From contig CAVOFT010000002.1 in NCBI GenBank assembly GCA_963695095.1, positions 1-28,947 of the forward strand: a DNA stretch of 28,947 bases, written 5' to 3'. The stretch is from an uncultured bacterium. Lineage in GTDB: Bacteria; Krumholzibacteriota; Krumholzibacteriia; JACNKJ01. The notes below the pieces were generated by a model. That model was not told the origin of the DNA and did not search any database. It was given only the letters and a program-made list of their open reading frames with translations. A program made the translations under genes and the position numbers. This document shows positions 8,998 to 17,511 of the stretch, piece after piece; position 1 is the stretch's first letter, and each line of letters opens with the position of its first letter.

Positions 8998-9368
8998 AGA
9001 TCGCCATCACGGCGGCGGGGCCGGCTCTGGACTCTGCCAGCGACCCCCGCTTCGGTCGCTGCGGCTACTTCGTGATCGTCGAAACCGCCGACATGTCCGC
9101 CGTCGGTGTTGCGAACCCGAACATCGACCGCGGTGGCGGCGCGGGCATCCAGTCGGCACAACTCATGGCGAGCCATGGCGTCCAGGCCGTGCTCACCGGC
9201 AACTGCGGACCTAACGCCCACCAGACGCTCAGCGCCGCGGGCATCGCGGTGGTCATCGGCTGTACGGGTAGCGTCGCCGAGCTCGCCCGGCGCTATGCGG
9301 CAGGCGAGCTGAGCGGCGCCACGGGACCGAACGTGGACAGCCACGCCGGGCTGAAGCCGCGGCGATGA
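8994..9368 (+). CDS. NifB/NifX-like family protein
   Basis: MKIAITA...DPRFGRCGYFVIVE...NPN...GGAGIQSAQ...AVLTGNCGPNA...NVDSHAG. Confidence 0.88.
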   Translation: MKIAITAAGPALDSASDPRFGRCGYFVIVETADMSAVGVANPNIDRGGGAGIQSAQLMASHGVQAVLTGNCGPNAHQTLSAAGIAVVIGCTGSVAELARRYAAGELSGATGPNVDSHAGLKPRR

Positions 9369-11188
9369 GCCGGCCGCTGCGCATCGCCGTGGCCAGCGGT
9401 AAGGGCGGCACCGGCAAGACGACCATCGCCACGAACCTTGCTGTCCTGCTAGCCGAGACGGGCGCTCGCGTTGCCTTCCTGGATTGCGACGTCGAGGAGC
9501 CAAACGGGCACATCTTCCTCGCGCCGACGCTCGCGACGCAAACGGCGGTCACGCTGCCCGTGCCCGTCGTCGATCCCGCGCGCTGTACGCTCTGCGGGGC
9601 CTGCGGGGACGCCTGCCGCTTCTCGGCGATTCTGCCCCTGCCGACCCAGGTACTGACCTTCCCCTCGCTCTGCCACGGTTGCGGCGGCTGTGCGCTCGCC
9701 TGTCCCGCCGGGGCAATCCAGGAGACGCCGCGGGCAATCGGTGTCGTCGAGACGGGGGTCGCCGGCCGGCTCGCGTTTCTCCAAGGGCGGCTCGATGTCG
9801 GCCAGGCGCTGTCGCCGCCGGTGATCCACGCCGTGCTGGCGGCCGCGCCCAGGGAGCACCTGCTCGTCATCGACGCGCCGCCGGGGACCGCCTGTCCGGT
9901 GGTCGCAGCCGTGAAAGGGGCGGACCTGGTACTTCTGGTCGCCGAGCCGACGCCCTTCGGCCTCAGCGACCTGCGGCTCGCCGTGGACACCGTGCGCGAA
10001 CTCGGCCTGCCCTGCGCCGTCGTCATCAATCGCGCCGGCGCAGGCGAGGACGAGCTGCGCGCCTACTGCGCAGCGGAGCAGCTTGCTGTGCCCCTGGCGA
10101 TTCCGGACGACCGCCGGGTCGCGGAAGCTTACTCCCGCGGTGAGCTGGCGATCGTCGCGCTGCCCTCACTGCGGACTGCCTTTCAGACGCTCATCGCCCA
10201 GCTGCCGGCGCTGGCGGCCGTGTCCCGCCCGCGGCCCGCCGCGCGCCCGCCGGCGCCACTCGAGCCTCCTGCTGCAGCGCCGCCGCCGCCGCCGCGCGCG
10301 GGAGACCTGCGCGAACTCGTCGTGCTCAGCGGCAAGGGCGGCACGGGCAAGACCAGCGTCGCCGCCTCCTTCTTCGCGCTCGCCGAGCGCGCGGCGGTGG
10401 CGGACTGCGACGTCGACGCCCCCGACCTGCATCTCGTCCTCGATCCCCGCGTCCTCGAGCGGGGCCACTTCGCCGGCGGCCGGACGGCGAGCATCGACAC
10501 CGCACGCTGCGACGCCTGCGGCCGCTGCGTCGAGCACTGCCGCTTCGACGCGATCCAGCGCGTGGGGACGAACGGGAGCGCGACCTTTCGCGTCGATCCC
10601 CTCGCCTGCGAGGGCTGCGGTGTCTGCGTCGATTGCTGTCCGGTGGGCGCGGCGACCCTGCTGGAGACGGCGGGCGGCGAGTGGTTCATCTCGGCGACGC
10701 GGCACGGCCCCATGGCTCACGCTCGCCTCGGCATCGCCCAGGAGAACAGCGGCAAGCTGGTCTCGCTCGTGCGGCGGCAGGGCGCCCATGTCGCCCTCGC
10801 CGGCCGGCGCGAGCTCTTGATCAGCGACGGCTCGCCGGGCATCGGCTGTCCGGTGATCGCCTCGATCGCCGGGGCGCGCCTGGCGCTCATCGTCACGGAA
10901 CCGACACTCTCCGGCCTGCACGACCTGCGCCGCGTCGCCGAGCTCTGCCGGCAGTCGGGCGTGGCTGCGGCCATCTGCATCAACAAGGTCGATCTCAATC
11001 TCGAAGTCTGCGCGCAGATCGAGGCTGAGGCGGCTGTGCGCGGGATTCCCGTGCTCGGCCGCATTCGCTACGACGCAGCGGTGACCGCGGCCCAGGTGAA
11101 ACGGCTGTCCGTCGTGGAGTGCGGCGACAGCCCCGCGGCCGCCGACATCCGTGCGCTCTGGGAGCGCGTGAAGCAGGCGAGCGCCTGA
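9365..11188 (+). CDS. Tandem fusion of two MinD-superfamily P-loop ATPases, each with an inserted 2x[4Fe-4S] ferredoxin domain (COG1149-like)
   Basis: Two SGKGGTGKT motifs and two DCDV motifs; Cys motifs CTLCGACGDAC, CHGCGGCALACP, CDACGRCVEHC and CEGCGVCVDCCP; Pro/Ala linker ~10214-10305. Confidence 0.9.
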   Translation: MSRPLRIAVASGKGGTGKTTIATNLAVLLAETGARVAFLDCDVEEPNGHIFLAPTLATQTAVTLPVPVVDPARCTLCGACGDACRFSAILPLPTQVLTFPSLCHGCGGCALACPAGAIQETPRAIGVVETGVAGRLAFLQGRLDVGQALSPPVIHAVLAAAPREHLLVIDAPPGTACPVVAAVKGADLVLLVAEPTPFGLSDLRLAVDTVRELGLPCAVVINRAGAGEDELRAYCAAEQLAVPLAIPDDRRVAEAYSRGELAIVALPSLRTAFQTLIAQLPALAAVSRPRPAARPPAPLEPPAAAPPPPPRAGDLRELVVLSGKGGTGKTSVAASFFALAERAAVADCDVDAPDLHLVLDPRVLERGHFAGGRTASIDTARCDACGRCVEHCRFDAIQRVGTNGSATFRVDPLACEGCGVCVDCCPVGAATLLETAGGEWFISATRHGPMAHARLGIAQENSGKLVSLVRRQGAHVALAGRRELLISDGSPGIGCPVIASIAGARLALIVTEPTLSGLHDLRRVAELCRQSGVAAAICINKVDLNLEVCAQIEAEAAVRGIPVLGRIRYDAAVTAAQVKRLSVVECGDSPAAADIRALWERVKQASA

Positions 11189-11206
11189 GCAAGCGAGGTG
11201 GGGAGC

Positions 11207-11707
11207 ATGCAGGCCAAGCAGACGGCGGCGCCCGGCGGTGAGTCGCCGGCAAGGGAGGCGGCCAGCCAGGAGGTGCTGGCCAGGTTGGGGGCGAGGGAGC
11301 ATCGCCACTGCCTGCTCTGCGGTGCCGCTCATCCCGGCGGCCTGCGCCTGGCCTTCGTAGTCCAGCCGGATGGCGCAGTCGAGGCAGTGATGCCGGGCCG
11401 CGCCTTTCTGGAGGGTTATCCGGGTATGCTCCACGGGGGCGCCATTGCTGCGCTGCTCGATGCGGCCATGACCAACGCGCTCTTCGCCCGCGGTCTCGTC
11501 GGCCTGACGGCGGAGCTGACGGTGCGCTTCCTCGCGCCCGTTCGTCTCGATCGGCCCGCCCTCGTGCGGGCGGCGCTCACCGGCGCCCGGGTCCGGCCTC
11601 CCTACTGCCTGCGGGCGGAACTCGAGCAGGACGGCCAGCGCGTGGCCCGCGCCACCGGCAAATTCCTGGCGAAGCCCCCGGGGAGTCCGCAGGAGCGACA
11701 GCCGTGA
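11207..11707 (+). CDS. PaaI family (hotdog-fold) thioesterase
   Basis: HCLLCG...EGYPGMLHGGAIAALLDAAM...TAELTVRFLAPV...VARATGKF. Start may instead be GTG 11198. Confidence 0.88.
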   Translation: MQAKQTAAPGGESPAREAASQEVLARLGAREHRHCLLCGAAHPGGLRLAFVVQPDGAVEAVMPGRAFLEGYPGMLHGGAIAALLDAAMTNALFARGLVGLTAELTVRFLAPVRLDRPALVRAALTGARVRPPYCLRAELEQDGQRVARATGKFLAKPPGSPQERQP

Positions 11708-12654
11708 ACGCGCGCTCGCCGCAGCTGGTCTACGGTCCCGTGCCCTCGCGGCGTCTCGGTCGCTCGCTGGGTATCGATCTCGTTCCCTTCAAGACCTGCA
11801 GCTACGACTGCATCTATTGCCAGCTCGGGCGAACCACCGTGCAGATAACCGCGCTGGCCAGCGGCATCTCGCTCGCTGGAGTGCTCGACGAGCTGGCGGA
11901 GCGCCTGGCCCAGGGTCCCACGCCCGACTACATCGGGCTTGCCGGCTCGGGGGAGCCCACGCTGCATCCGGAGCTGGGGCGCCTGATCGACGACATCAAG
12001 CGCCTGACGGCCGTGCCCGTGGCCGTGCTCACGAACGGCTCGCTGCTCTGGCGTCCGGCCGTCCGGGAGGCACTGGCGGCGGCAGATCTGGTGCTGCCCT
12101 CGCTCGACGCCGGCGATCCGGCCACCTTCCAGCGGGTGAACCGGCCGCACCCCGACATCCCCTTCGCGCAGATGGTGGAGGGCTTGGTCGACTTCGCGGC
12201 TGCCTACAGGGGCGAGCTCTGGCTCGAGGTCTTCGTCCTGCGCGGCATCACCGATGACGCGGCAGCGATCGCGAAGATCGCGGCGATCGCCGAGCGGATT
12301 CACCCGGCGCGGGTGCAGCTCAACACGGCGACGCGTCCGACCGCCGACCCCGATGCGCGGCGGGCGACGGCGGCGACACTGGCGCACCTCTGTCCGCACT
12401 TCACAGGCCGCTGCGAGGTCATTGCAGAGAGCCACCGGGCCGCGCGGGGTCCGGTGGCGAGCGACGCCGATCCCAAGCCGGCGATCCTGGCCCTGCTCGC
12501 GCGGCGCCCCTGCACCGTGGCCGACATCGCGACGGGACTGAACCTGCAGCCAAACGCGGTGGTCAAGGCCCTAGCTGCGCTCGACGCCTGTGGGGCCCTG
12601 GGCTGCGAGCGGCGGGCGGGGACCGTCTACTACGCAACGGCGAGGTCGCGATGA
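11704..12654 (+). CDS. Radical SAM protein (COG0731 / TYW1-related family)
   Basis: YGPVPSRRLGRSLGIDL, CSYDCIYC (CxxxCxxC), GSGEPTL, VLTNGSL, PSLDA; C-terminal winged-helix-like segment RRPCTVADIA. Confidence 0.92.
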   Translation: MNARSPQLVYGPVPSRRLGRSLGIDLVPFKTCSYDCIYCQLGRTTVQITALASGISLAGVLDELAERLAQGPTPDYIGLAGSGEPTLHPELGRLIDDIKRLTAVPVAVLTNGSLLWRPAVREALAAADLVLPSLDAGDPATFQRVNRPHPDIPFAQMVEGLVDFAAAYRGELWLEVFVLRGITDDAAAIAKIAAIAERIHPARVQLNTATRPTADPDARRATAATLAHLCPHFTGRCEVIAESHRAARGPVASDADPKPAILALLARRPCTVADIATGLNLQPNAVVKALAALDACGALGCERRAGTVYYATARSR

Positions 12655-12672
12655 GCAGCGAGGTGGGCGAGG

Positions 12673-13089
12673 TCAGCGCCTGCTTCGCCGCGCATCGAGG
12701 CTCCAGGGTCCTGCCCCGGCAGCGGAGAAGTAGAGCCAGACGAAGCAATACAATGCTGCCGCCACGCCGCCGTTCTGCACGGGCCAGAAGCCCTGGGGCT
12801 GGTGGAACTGGAAGTAGGCCACGGCCATCTCGCCGGCGAGCAGGAAGGCGACGGGCCGCGTGAAGAGGCCCACGAGCATGAGCAGGCCGCCGCCCACTTC
12901 GAGCAGGCCGCCGATGCCGATCTGCGTGAGGAGCTTCGCGGTGCTGTCGTCCGGCGGCATGCCCATCGGCCAGGCGAAGAGCTTCATCGTGCCGGCCTGC
13001 AGGAACATGAGCGCGGCCACGATGCGCAGCAGGCCTTGCAGGGCGGGACCAGAGCGGATCCACTTCGCGAACAGGCCAGTCTCGGCCAT
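12673..13089 (-). CDS. DoxX family membrane protein
   Basis: LRIVAALMFLQAGTMKLF...GLLEVGGGLLMLVGLFTRPVAFLLAGEMAVAYF...AGAGPWSLD; GGAGG RBS. Confidence 0.92.
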   Translation of the reverse strand: MAETGLFAKWIRSGPALQGLLRIVAALMFLQAGTMKLFAWPMGMPPDDSTAKLLTQIGIGGLLEVGGGLLMLVGLFTRPVAFLLAGEMAVAYFQFHQPQGFWPVQNGGVAAALYCFVWLYFSAAGAGPWSLDARRSRR

Positions 13090-13203
13090 GGCGGCACCTC
13101 CTGAGTTGCCGCAGGTGGGCATGGCAGGCTGCCGGCTGTCAAGGACCGGGGTTGGGGGGCTTGCAGCGCCGAGGGGGAAACGCCACTCCGCGGCAAGCCG
13201 GCG

Positions 13204-13803
13204 CTAGCGGTTCTCCTGCTCGAGTTCCCGGATCAGGCTCTGCAGATCGCCGGCCTCGAGCTGGATGGCGCCGCCCGCGTCCACCTTGACTTCGCTGATG
13301 CCGGGATGCTGGCTCTCGAGCTGGCGCAGGACGGCCTGCTGCTGGCGCGTCCGGGACAGCAGGCGCGAGCTCTGCCTGGCGAGATCGCGCAGCTGCAGAC
13401 CGCCGAGAATGGTGTTCGCGAGATCCATCGGATTGCAGGGCTTGGCCAGGAAGCGGTAGACCTCTCCCTCGTTGATGGCGCGCACTGCGGCTTCGAGGCT
13501 CGCCTGGCCCGTGAGGATGATCCGAATCGTCTCCGGATGCTGCTTGCGCACCACGCTCAGCAGCTGCGAGCCCGACATCAGCGGCATCTGCTCGTCGGAG
13601 ACCACCACGTCCACCTGCTGCTCAGCGAGCGCGGCCAGGGCCTCGGCGGCCGAATTCGCCGTGAGGATCCGGAAGGGAAACTTGCGCAGCGCCACGCGCA
13701 ATCCGGTGAGGATCTTCGGCTCGTCGTCCACGAAGAGCACCGTGCTGAGGGTGTCGCTTGCCGGCGGCGTCCGGGCGTCCGCGCTCACGGAAGTCTGGTT
13801 CAT
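13204..13803 (-). CDS. Response regulator (REC domain plus short C-terminal tail)
   Basis: VLFVDDE, VVVSDEQMP, RIILTG, RFLAKP; start overlaps the kinase stop (ATGA-type). Confidence 0.9.
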   Translation of the reverse strand: MNQTSVSADARTPPASDTLSTVLFVDDEPKILTGLRVALRKFPFRILTANSAAEALAALAEQQVDVVVSDEQMPLMSGSQLLSVVRKQHPETIRIILTGQASLEAAVRAINEGEVYRFLAKPCNPMDLANTILGGLQLRDLARQSSRLLSRTRQQQAVLRQLESQHPGISEVKVDAGGAIQLEAGDLQSLIRELEQENR

Positions 13804-16007
13804 GTCGATTCTTCTCCAGTCGGTGACTGGTGGGAGGGGAGCGGCGTCGCCGCGGGGACGACGGGGACGAGCGGCAGGCGAATCGTGAAGCAGGTGCCCT
13901 TGCCGAGTTCGGAAGTGAAGCGCAGCGTGCCGCCGTGCTTCCCGACGACGATCGCATGGGCGATGGCCAGGCCCTGTCCGGTGCCCTTGCCGACCGCCTT
14001 GGTCGTGAAGAAGGGCTCGAAGACGCGATCGCGGATAGCCTCGGGAATGCCGCCACCCGTGTCTTCGATGTCGATGCGCGCGCAGTCGCCCTCGCGGGCC
14101 GTGCGCACGCGGATGGTTCCCAGCGCGCCGCTCGTGCCGACGACATCGCCGATCGCATGGGCGGCGTTCACCAGCAGGTTGAGGAAGACCTGGTTCAGGT
14201 CGCCGAGGTGGCAGATCACGGGCGGCATCTCGCCGAATTCGGTGACCAGCTCGGCCACGTACTTGTACTCGCTGCGCGCGATGGTCAGCGTGGATTCGAG
14301 GGCGCGATTGAGATCTGCTGCGGCCTTCTCGTTCTGGTCCGGATGCGCGAATTCCTTCATCGCGCGCACGATGGTGGATATCCGCGAGACGCCGTCCTTG
14401 GCGTCGGCCACGGCGCCGGGAAAGTTCTCGAGCACGAAGTCGATGTCGACGGCGGCTTCGGCCGCCGCGATCTGCGCGCGCAGCTCCTCGTGCTCGGCAG
14501 TGGCCGACAGGTCGGCCAGCCGCCGCCGGACTTCCGCGAGGAGGGACTGGATCGGCGCGATGCTGTCGCCGAGGAACTGGATGCTGTCGCCCACGAATTG
14601 CGCGGGCGTGTTGATCTCATGGGCGATGCCGGCGGCGAGCTGGCCCACCGCCTGCAGCTTCTGCGACTGGCCGAGCTGCTCCTCGAGGCGGCGCTGCTCC
14701 GCCTCCGCCAGCCGCTGGGCGGTGACGTCGGCGATGAAGCAGGCGAACTGGCCCGGCGCGGGCCGGAAGGCCGACACCGCGAAGCGCTTGCCCATGGACG
14801 CGAGCTCGTCCTCGAAGTGAGCCGGCTCGCCGCTCAGCGCCACCTTGCCGTAGGTTTCGATCCAGGAGCGGTCGAGGTCCGGCAGGACCTCGAGGACCGT
14901 CCGCCCCAGGATCGCCGCTGCCTCGAGGCCGGTCATGCGCTCGAAGGCCGGGTTGGCGGCGAGGAAGCGGTAGTCCACCGGCCGCCCGGCGACGTCGCAG
15001 ATGATCTCGTGCAAGGCGAAGCCGTCCAGCATCTCGCGGAAGAGCGTGCGGTAGTCCTGCTCCGCGCGGCGGAGGGGGGTGATGTCGTAGTAGGTGCCGA
15101 GCACGCCGACGATGGCGCCGTCGGCGGCGCGGAGGGGGAGCTTGCTCGTCAGCAGGTGGATCTGCCCGCCGTCGGGCGTTGTCTGCGGCTCCTCGATGAG
15201 GAGTCTGGCTTGCCCGCCTTCGATCACGGCGCGATCGTCGGCTCGGTAGAGCTCCGCCTGGTCGCGCCAGCCCATCGCGAAGTCGTCCTTGCCGATGACC
15301 GCCTCGGGCCCCGCGACCCCCGCATCCCCCGCGAAGGCCGCATTGCAGCCGAGGTAGACCAGGTTCTTGTCTTTCCAGAAGACCCGCACCGGGATGGCAT
15401 TGAGAACGCCCTGCAGCACTTCGCGCGATTCCCGGAGCGCCTCCTCGGCGCGCTTGCGCTCGCTGATGTCGCTGCAGAAGCCGATGAAACGAGACTCCGA
15501 CAGCTTCACGGAGGAGACGGACCACCAGCGCAGCTCGCCGCTCTTGGTGCGGAAACTGAATTCGTCATGCGCTTCGCCTGTCTCGGCGACAGCTCTGGAG
15601 TAGCGCATCCCGGCGGCGATGCCCTCTCGGCCCAGGAGATCGAGGATCCTCATGGCCAGCAGCTCGTGCTCCGCGAAGCCGGTCATGCGGCAGGCTGCCG
15701 GGTTGACCTGGACGTAGCGGCCCCGCTCATCGGTGACAAACACGCCGAGGGGCGTGTTCGCGATGTAGTCGCGGTGCCGCTGCTCGCTTTCCTGCAGCCT
15801 GCGATGCTCCTGCTTCAGCTCAGCGATGGCCCGGCCAGCGCTCTCGACCACGATGTTGACCAGCGTCCCGAGCTTCTGCACGCGCGCATCGGCGGAGTCC
15901 GTATGTACACGGAAGTCGAAGTTGCCGTCGGCGGCCTGGGAGAGCTGATCGGCGAGGCTGTCGATGTCTCGCGCCAGCGCTTCCCTCAGCTCCAGCTCAG
16001 TTTGCAT
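13800..16007 (-). CDS. Cytoplasmic PAS-domain sensor histidine kinase
   Basis: HAMP-like N-terminus and three PAS domains; H-box GQLAAGIAHEINTP, N-box QVFLNLLVNAAHA, DTGGGI, FEPFFTTK, GTGQGL. Start 16007 or 16037. Confidence 0.93.
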   Translation of the reverse strand: MQTELELREALARDIDSLADQLSQAADGNFDFRVHTDSADARVQKLGTLVNIVVESAGRAIAELKQEHRRLQESEQRHRDYIANTPLGVFVTDERGRYVQVNPAACRMTGFAEHELLAMRILDLLGREGIAAGMRYSRAVAETGEAHDEFSFRTKSGELRWWSVSSVKLSESRFIGFCSDISERKRAEEALRESREVLQGVLNAIPVRVFWKDKNLVYLGCNAAFAGDAGVAGPEAVIGKDDFAMGWRDQAELYRADDRAVIEGGQARLLIEEPQTTPDGGQIHLLTSKLPLRAADGAIVGVLGTYYDITPLRRAEQDYRTLFREMLDGFALHEIICDVAGRPVDYRFLAANPAFERMTGLEAAAILGRTVLEVLPDLDRSWIETYGKVALSGEPAHFEDELASMGKRFAVSAFRPAPGQFACFIADVTAQRLAEAEQRRLEEQLGQSQKLQAVGQLAAGIAHEINTPAQFVGDSIQFLGDSIAPIQSLLAEVRRRLADLSATAEHEELRAQIAAAEAAVDIDFVLENFPGAVADAKDGVSRISTIVRAMKEFAHPDQNEKAAADLNRALESTLTIARSEYKYVAELVTEFGEMPPVICHLGDLNQVFLNLLVNAAHAIGDVVGTSGALGTIRVRTAREGDCARIDIEDTGGGIPEAIRDRVFEPFFTTKAVGKGTGQGLAIAHAIVVGKHGGTLRFTSELGKGTCFTIRLPLVPVVPAATPLPSHQSPTGEEST

Positions 16008-16094
16008 GGCGACCTTTCCCGGTGAATCGCTCAACAATTCATCGGGTGCCGAGCGCCAGGACTTTATCGGAATCGCAAATGTGACTCTAAATAG

Positions 16095-17291
16095 TTACGT
16101 CTGCGACTCTTCCGGTGGCTTGATCGCGCGAAATGCGCGCCAGAGCAGCAGGTCGTAGGCGATCTTCATACCGGCGCCGATGACGAGCGGCAGGTAGAGC
16201 GACCCGGGGTCCATCAGGCTGCCGGCCAGGGCGGGCGCCACGGCCCAGCCGCCCAGGCGGACGAGATTGGTGATGCCCGAGGCGACGGTCCGCTCCTGGG
16301 GCTCGACCACGGCGAGCACGTAGGAACTGCGGGTGGGGACGTCCATCTCGACGAGCCCCTCGCGCAGCAGGAAGAGCGCAGCCGCCACCGGGAAGCTGGG
16401 CGCGAAGGCGACGGTGACCAGGAGCAGGCTGGAGGGGATGTGCGTGAAGACCATCGTGTTGACGAGGCCGATGCGGCCGGCCAACCAGGCGGCGGCCAGG
16501 TGCGAACCCGCGTTCATCAGGCGCGAGAAGAAGAAGAGCAGGCCGATCGCCATCTCCGGCGCGGCGAAGCGCGCGAAGAAGAAGTAGGAGAGCAGGGTGG
16601 TGGTCAGGAAGCCGCCGGCCAGGCTGTCGATGCCGAAGAGCGCCGAGAGGCGCAGGAGCAGGCCGCGGCTGCGCGGCGACAGGCGCTGGCGGCGGGCGCC
16701 CGCGCCCGGCTCGATGCCGGCGCGCAGGCGCAGGTAGAGCAGCGCCATCGCCAGGCCGAGCCCGGCGCAGAGGAACAGCGCGACGCGGTAGCCGCCGGCG
16801 CCGGTGGCGTCCCCGGAACGCAGCACCGAGGGCAGTCCGGCGAGCAGGGCGCCCAGCCCGTGGCCGATGTCCTGCAGCATCGTGTAGACGGCGATGGTCC
16901 GCGTGCGGCCGGCGTCCGTGGTCGTGGCGGGCAGGGCCGCCTGCTCGAGGATGAGCGCCGCGCCGCGGTCGCGGCCCATGCCGTTGAGCATGGCCACGAA
17001 GGCCGTGAGGGCGAGTGCTAGGGGACTGTTGCTGAGCGCGAAGGCCGCCGTGCCGAGCGCGCCGATGGCGGCCGTGCCCGCCAGGAAGCGCCGCCGGCCC
17101 AGGCGATCCGCGAAGGCGGTGGCGAGGATGGCGGCCAGCGCGGCGCCGGCGAGGCCGGCCGAGACGATGCGGCCGATTGCCGCCGCGTCGTGTCCCATGC
17201 GCGCGAGGTAGAGCCCCAGGGTCACGCCGATGAAGCCCGTGCTCAGGGCGCGCAGGAAGGCGGTGGTGTAGAGGATGCCGCGGTCGCGCAT
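16095..17291 (-). CDS. MFS transporter
   Basis: ATG after GGGAGG; many TM segments; MFS motif A ADRLGRRR and AGRIGLVNTMVFTH; EMDVPTRSSY. Confidence 0.9.
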   Translation of the reverse strand: MRDRGILYTTAFLRALSTGFIGVTLGLYLARMGHDAAAIGRIVSAGLAGAALAAILATAFADRLGRRRFLAGTAAIGALGTAAFALSNSPLALALTAFVAMLNGMGRDRGAALILEQAALPATTTDAGRTRTIAVYTMLQDIGHGLGALLAGLPSVLRSGDATGAGGYRVALFLCAGLGLAMALLYLRLRAGIEPGAGARRQRLSPRSRGLLLRLSALFGIDSLAGGFLTTTLLSYFFFARFAAPEMAIGLLFFFSRLMNAGSHLAAAWLAGRIGLVNTMVFTHIPSSLLLVTVAFAPSFPVAAALFLLREGLVEMDVPTRSSYVLAVVEPQERTVASGITNLVRLGGWAVAPALAGSLMDPGSLYLPLVIGAGMKIAYDLLLWRAFRAIKPPEESQT

Positions 17292-17511
17292 GCCGGCCTC
17301 CCTCAGATGAGTCCAGCGCCGAGCGCCAGGGCGATGGCGAGGTAGGGGATCAAGGCGCTCCTTGGGCTGCCCATCGATAACCGACATCGGGGTGGGCTGA
17401 CAAGAGGGGGCTTGTTGAAGTGGGAATTCGATATCGGAGACATTCGCAGATATGGTAGATTTTCCCGTGACTGAAATCCCCGCTAGGCGGAGAGATGGCC
17501 GGGAGGTCCCC

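Noticed and set aside
5687..9368. Nitrogen fixation inferred from NifB/NifX-like genes and a sigma54 activator
   Set aside because: No nifH/D/K/E/N in the window; this domain family is common in non-diazotrophs.
13158..13199. Imperfect hairpin GGCTTGC...GCAAGCC between the response regulator and doxX
   Set aside because: Short stem, no U-tract, no family features; may be chance at this GC.
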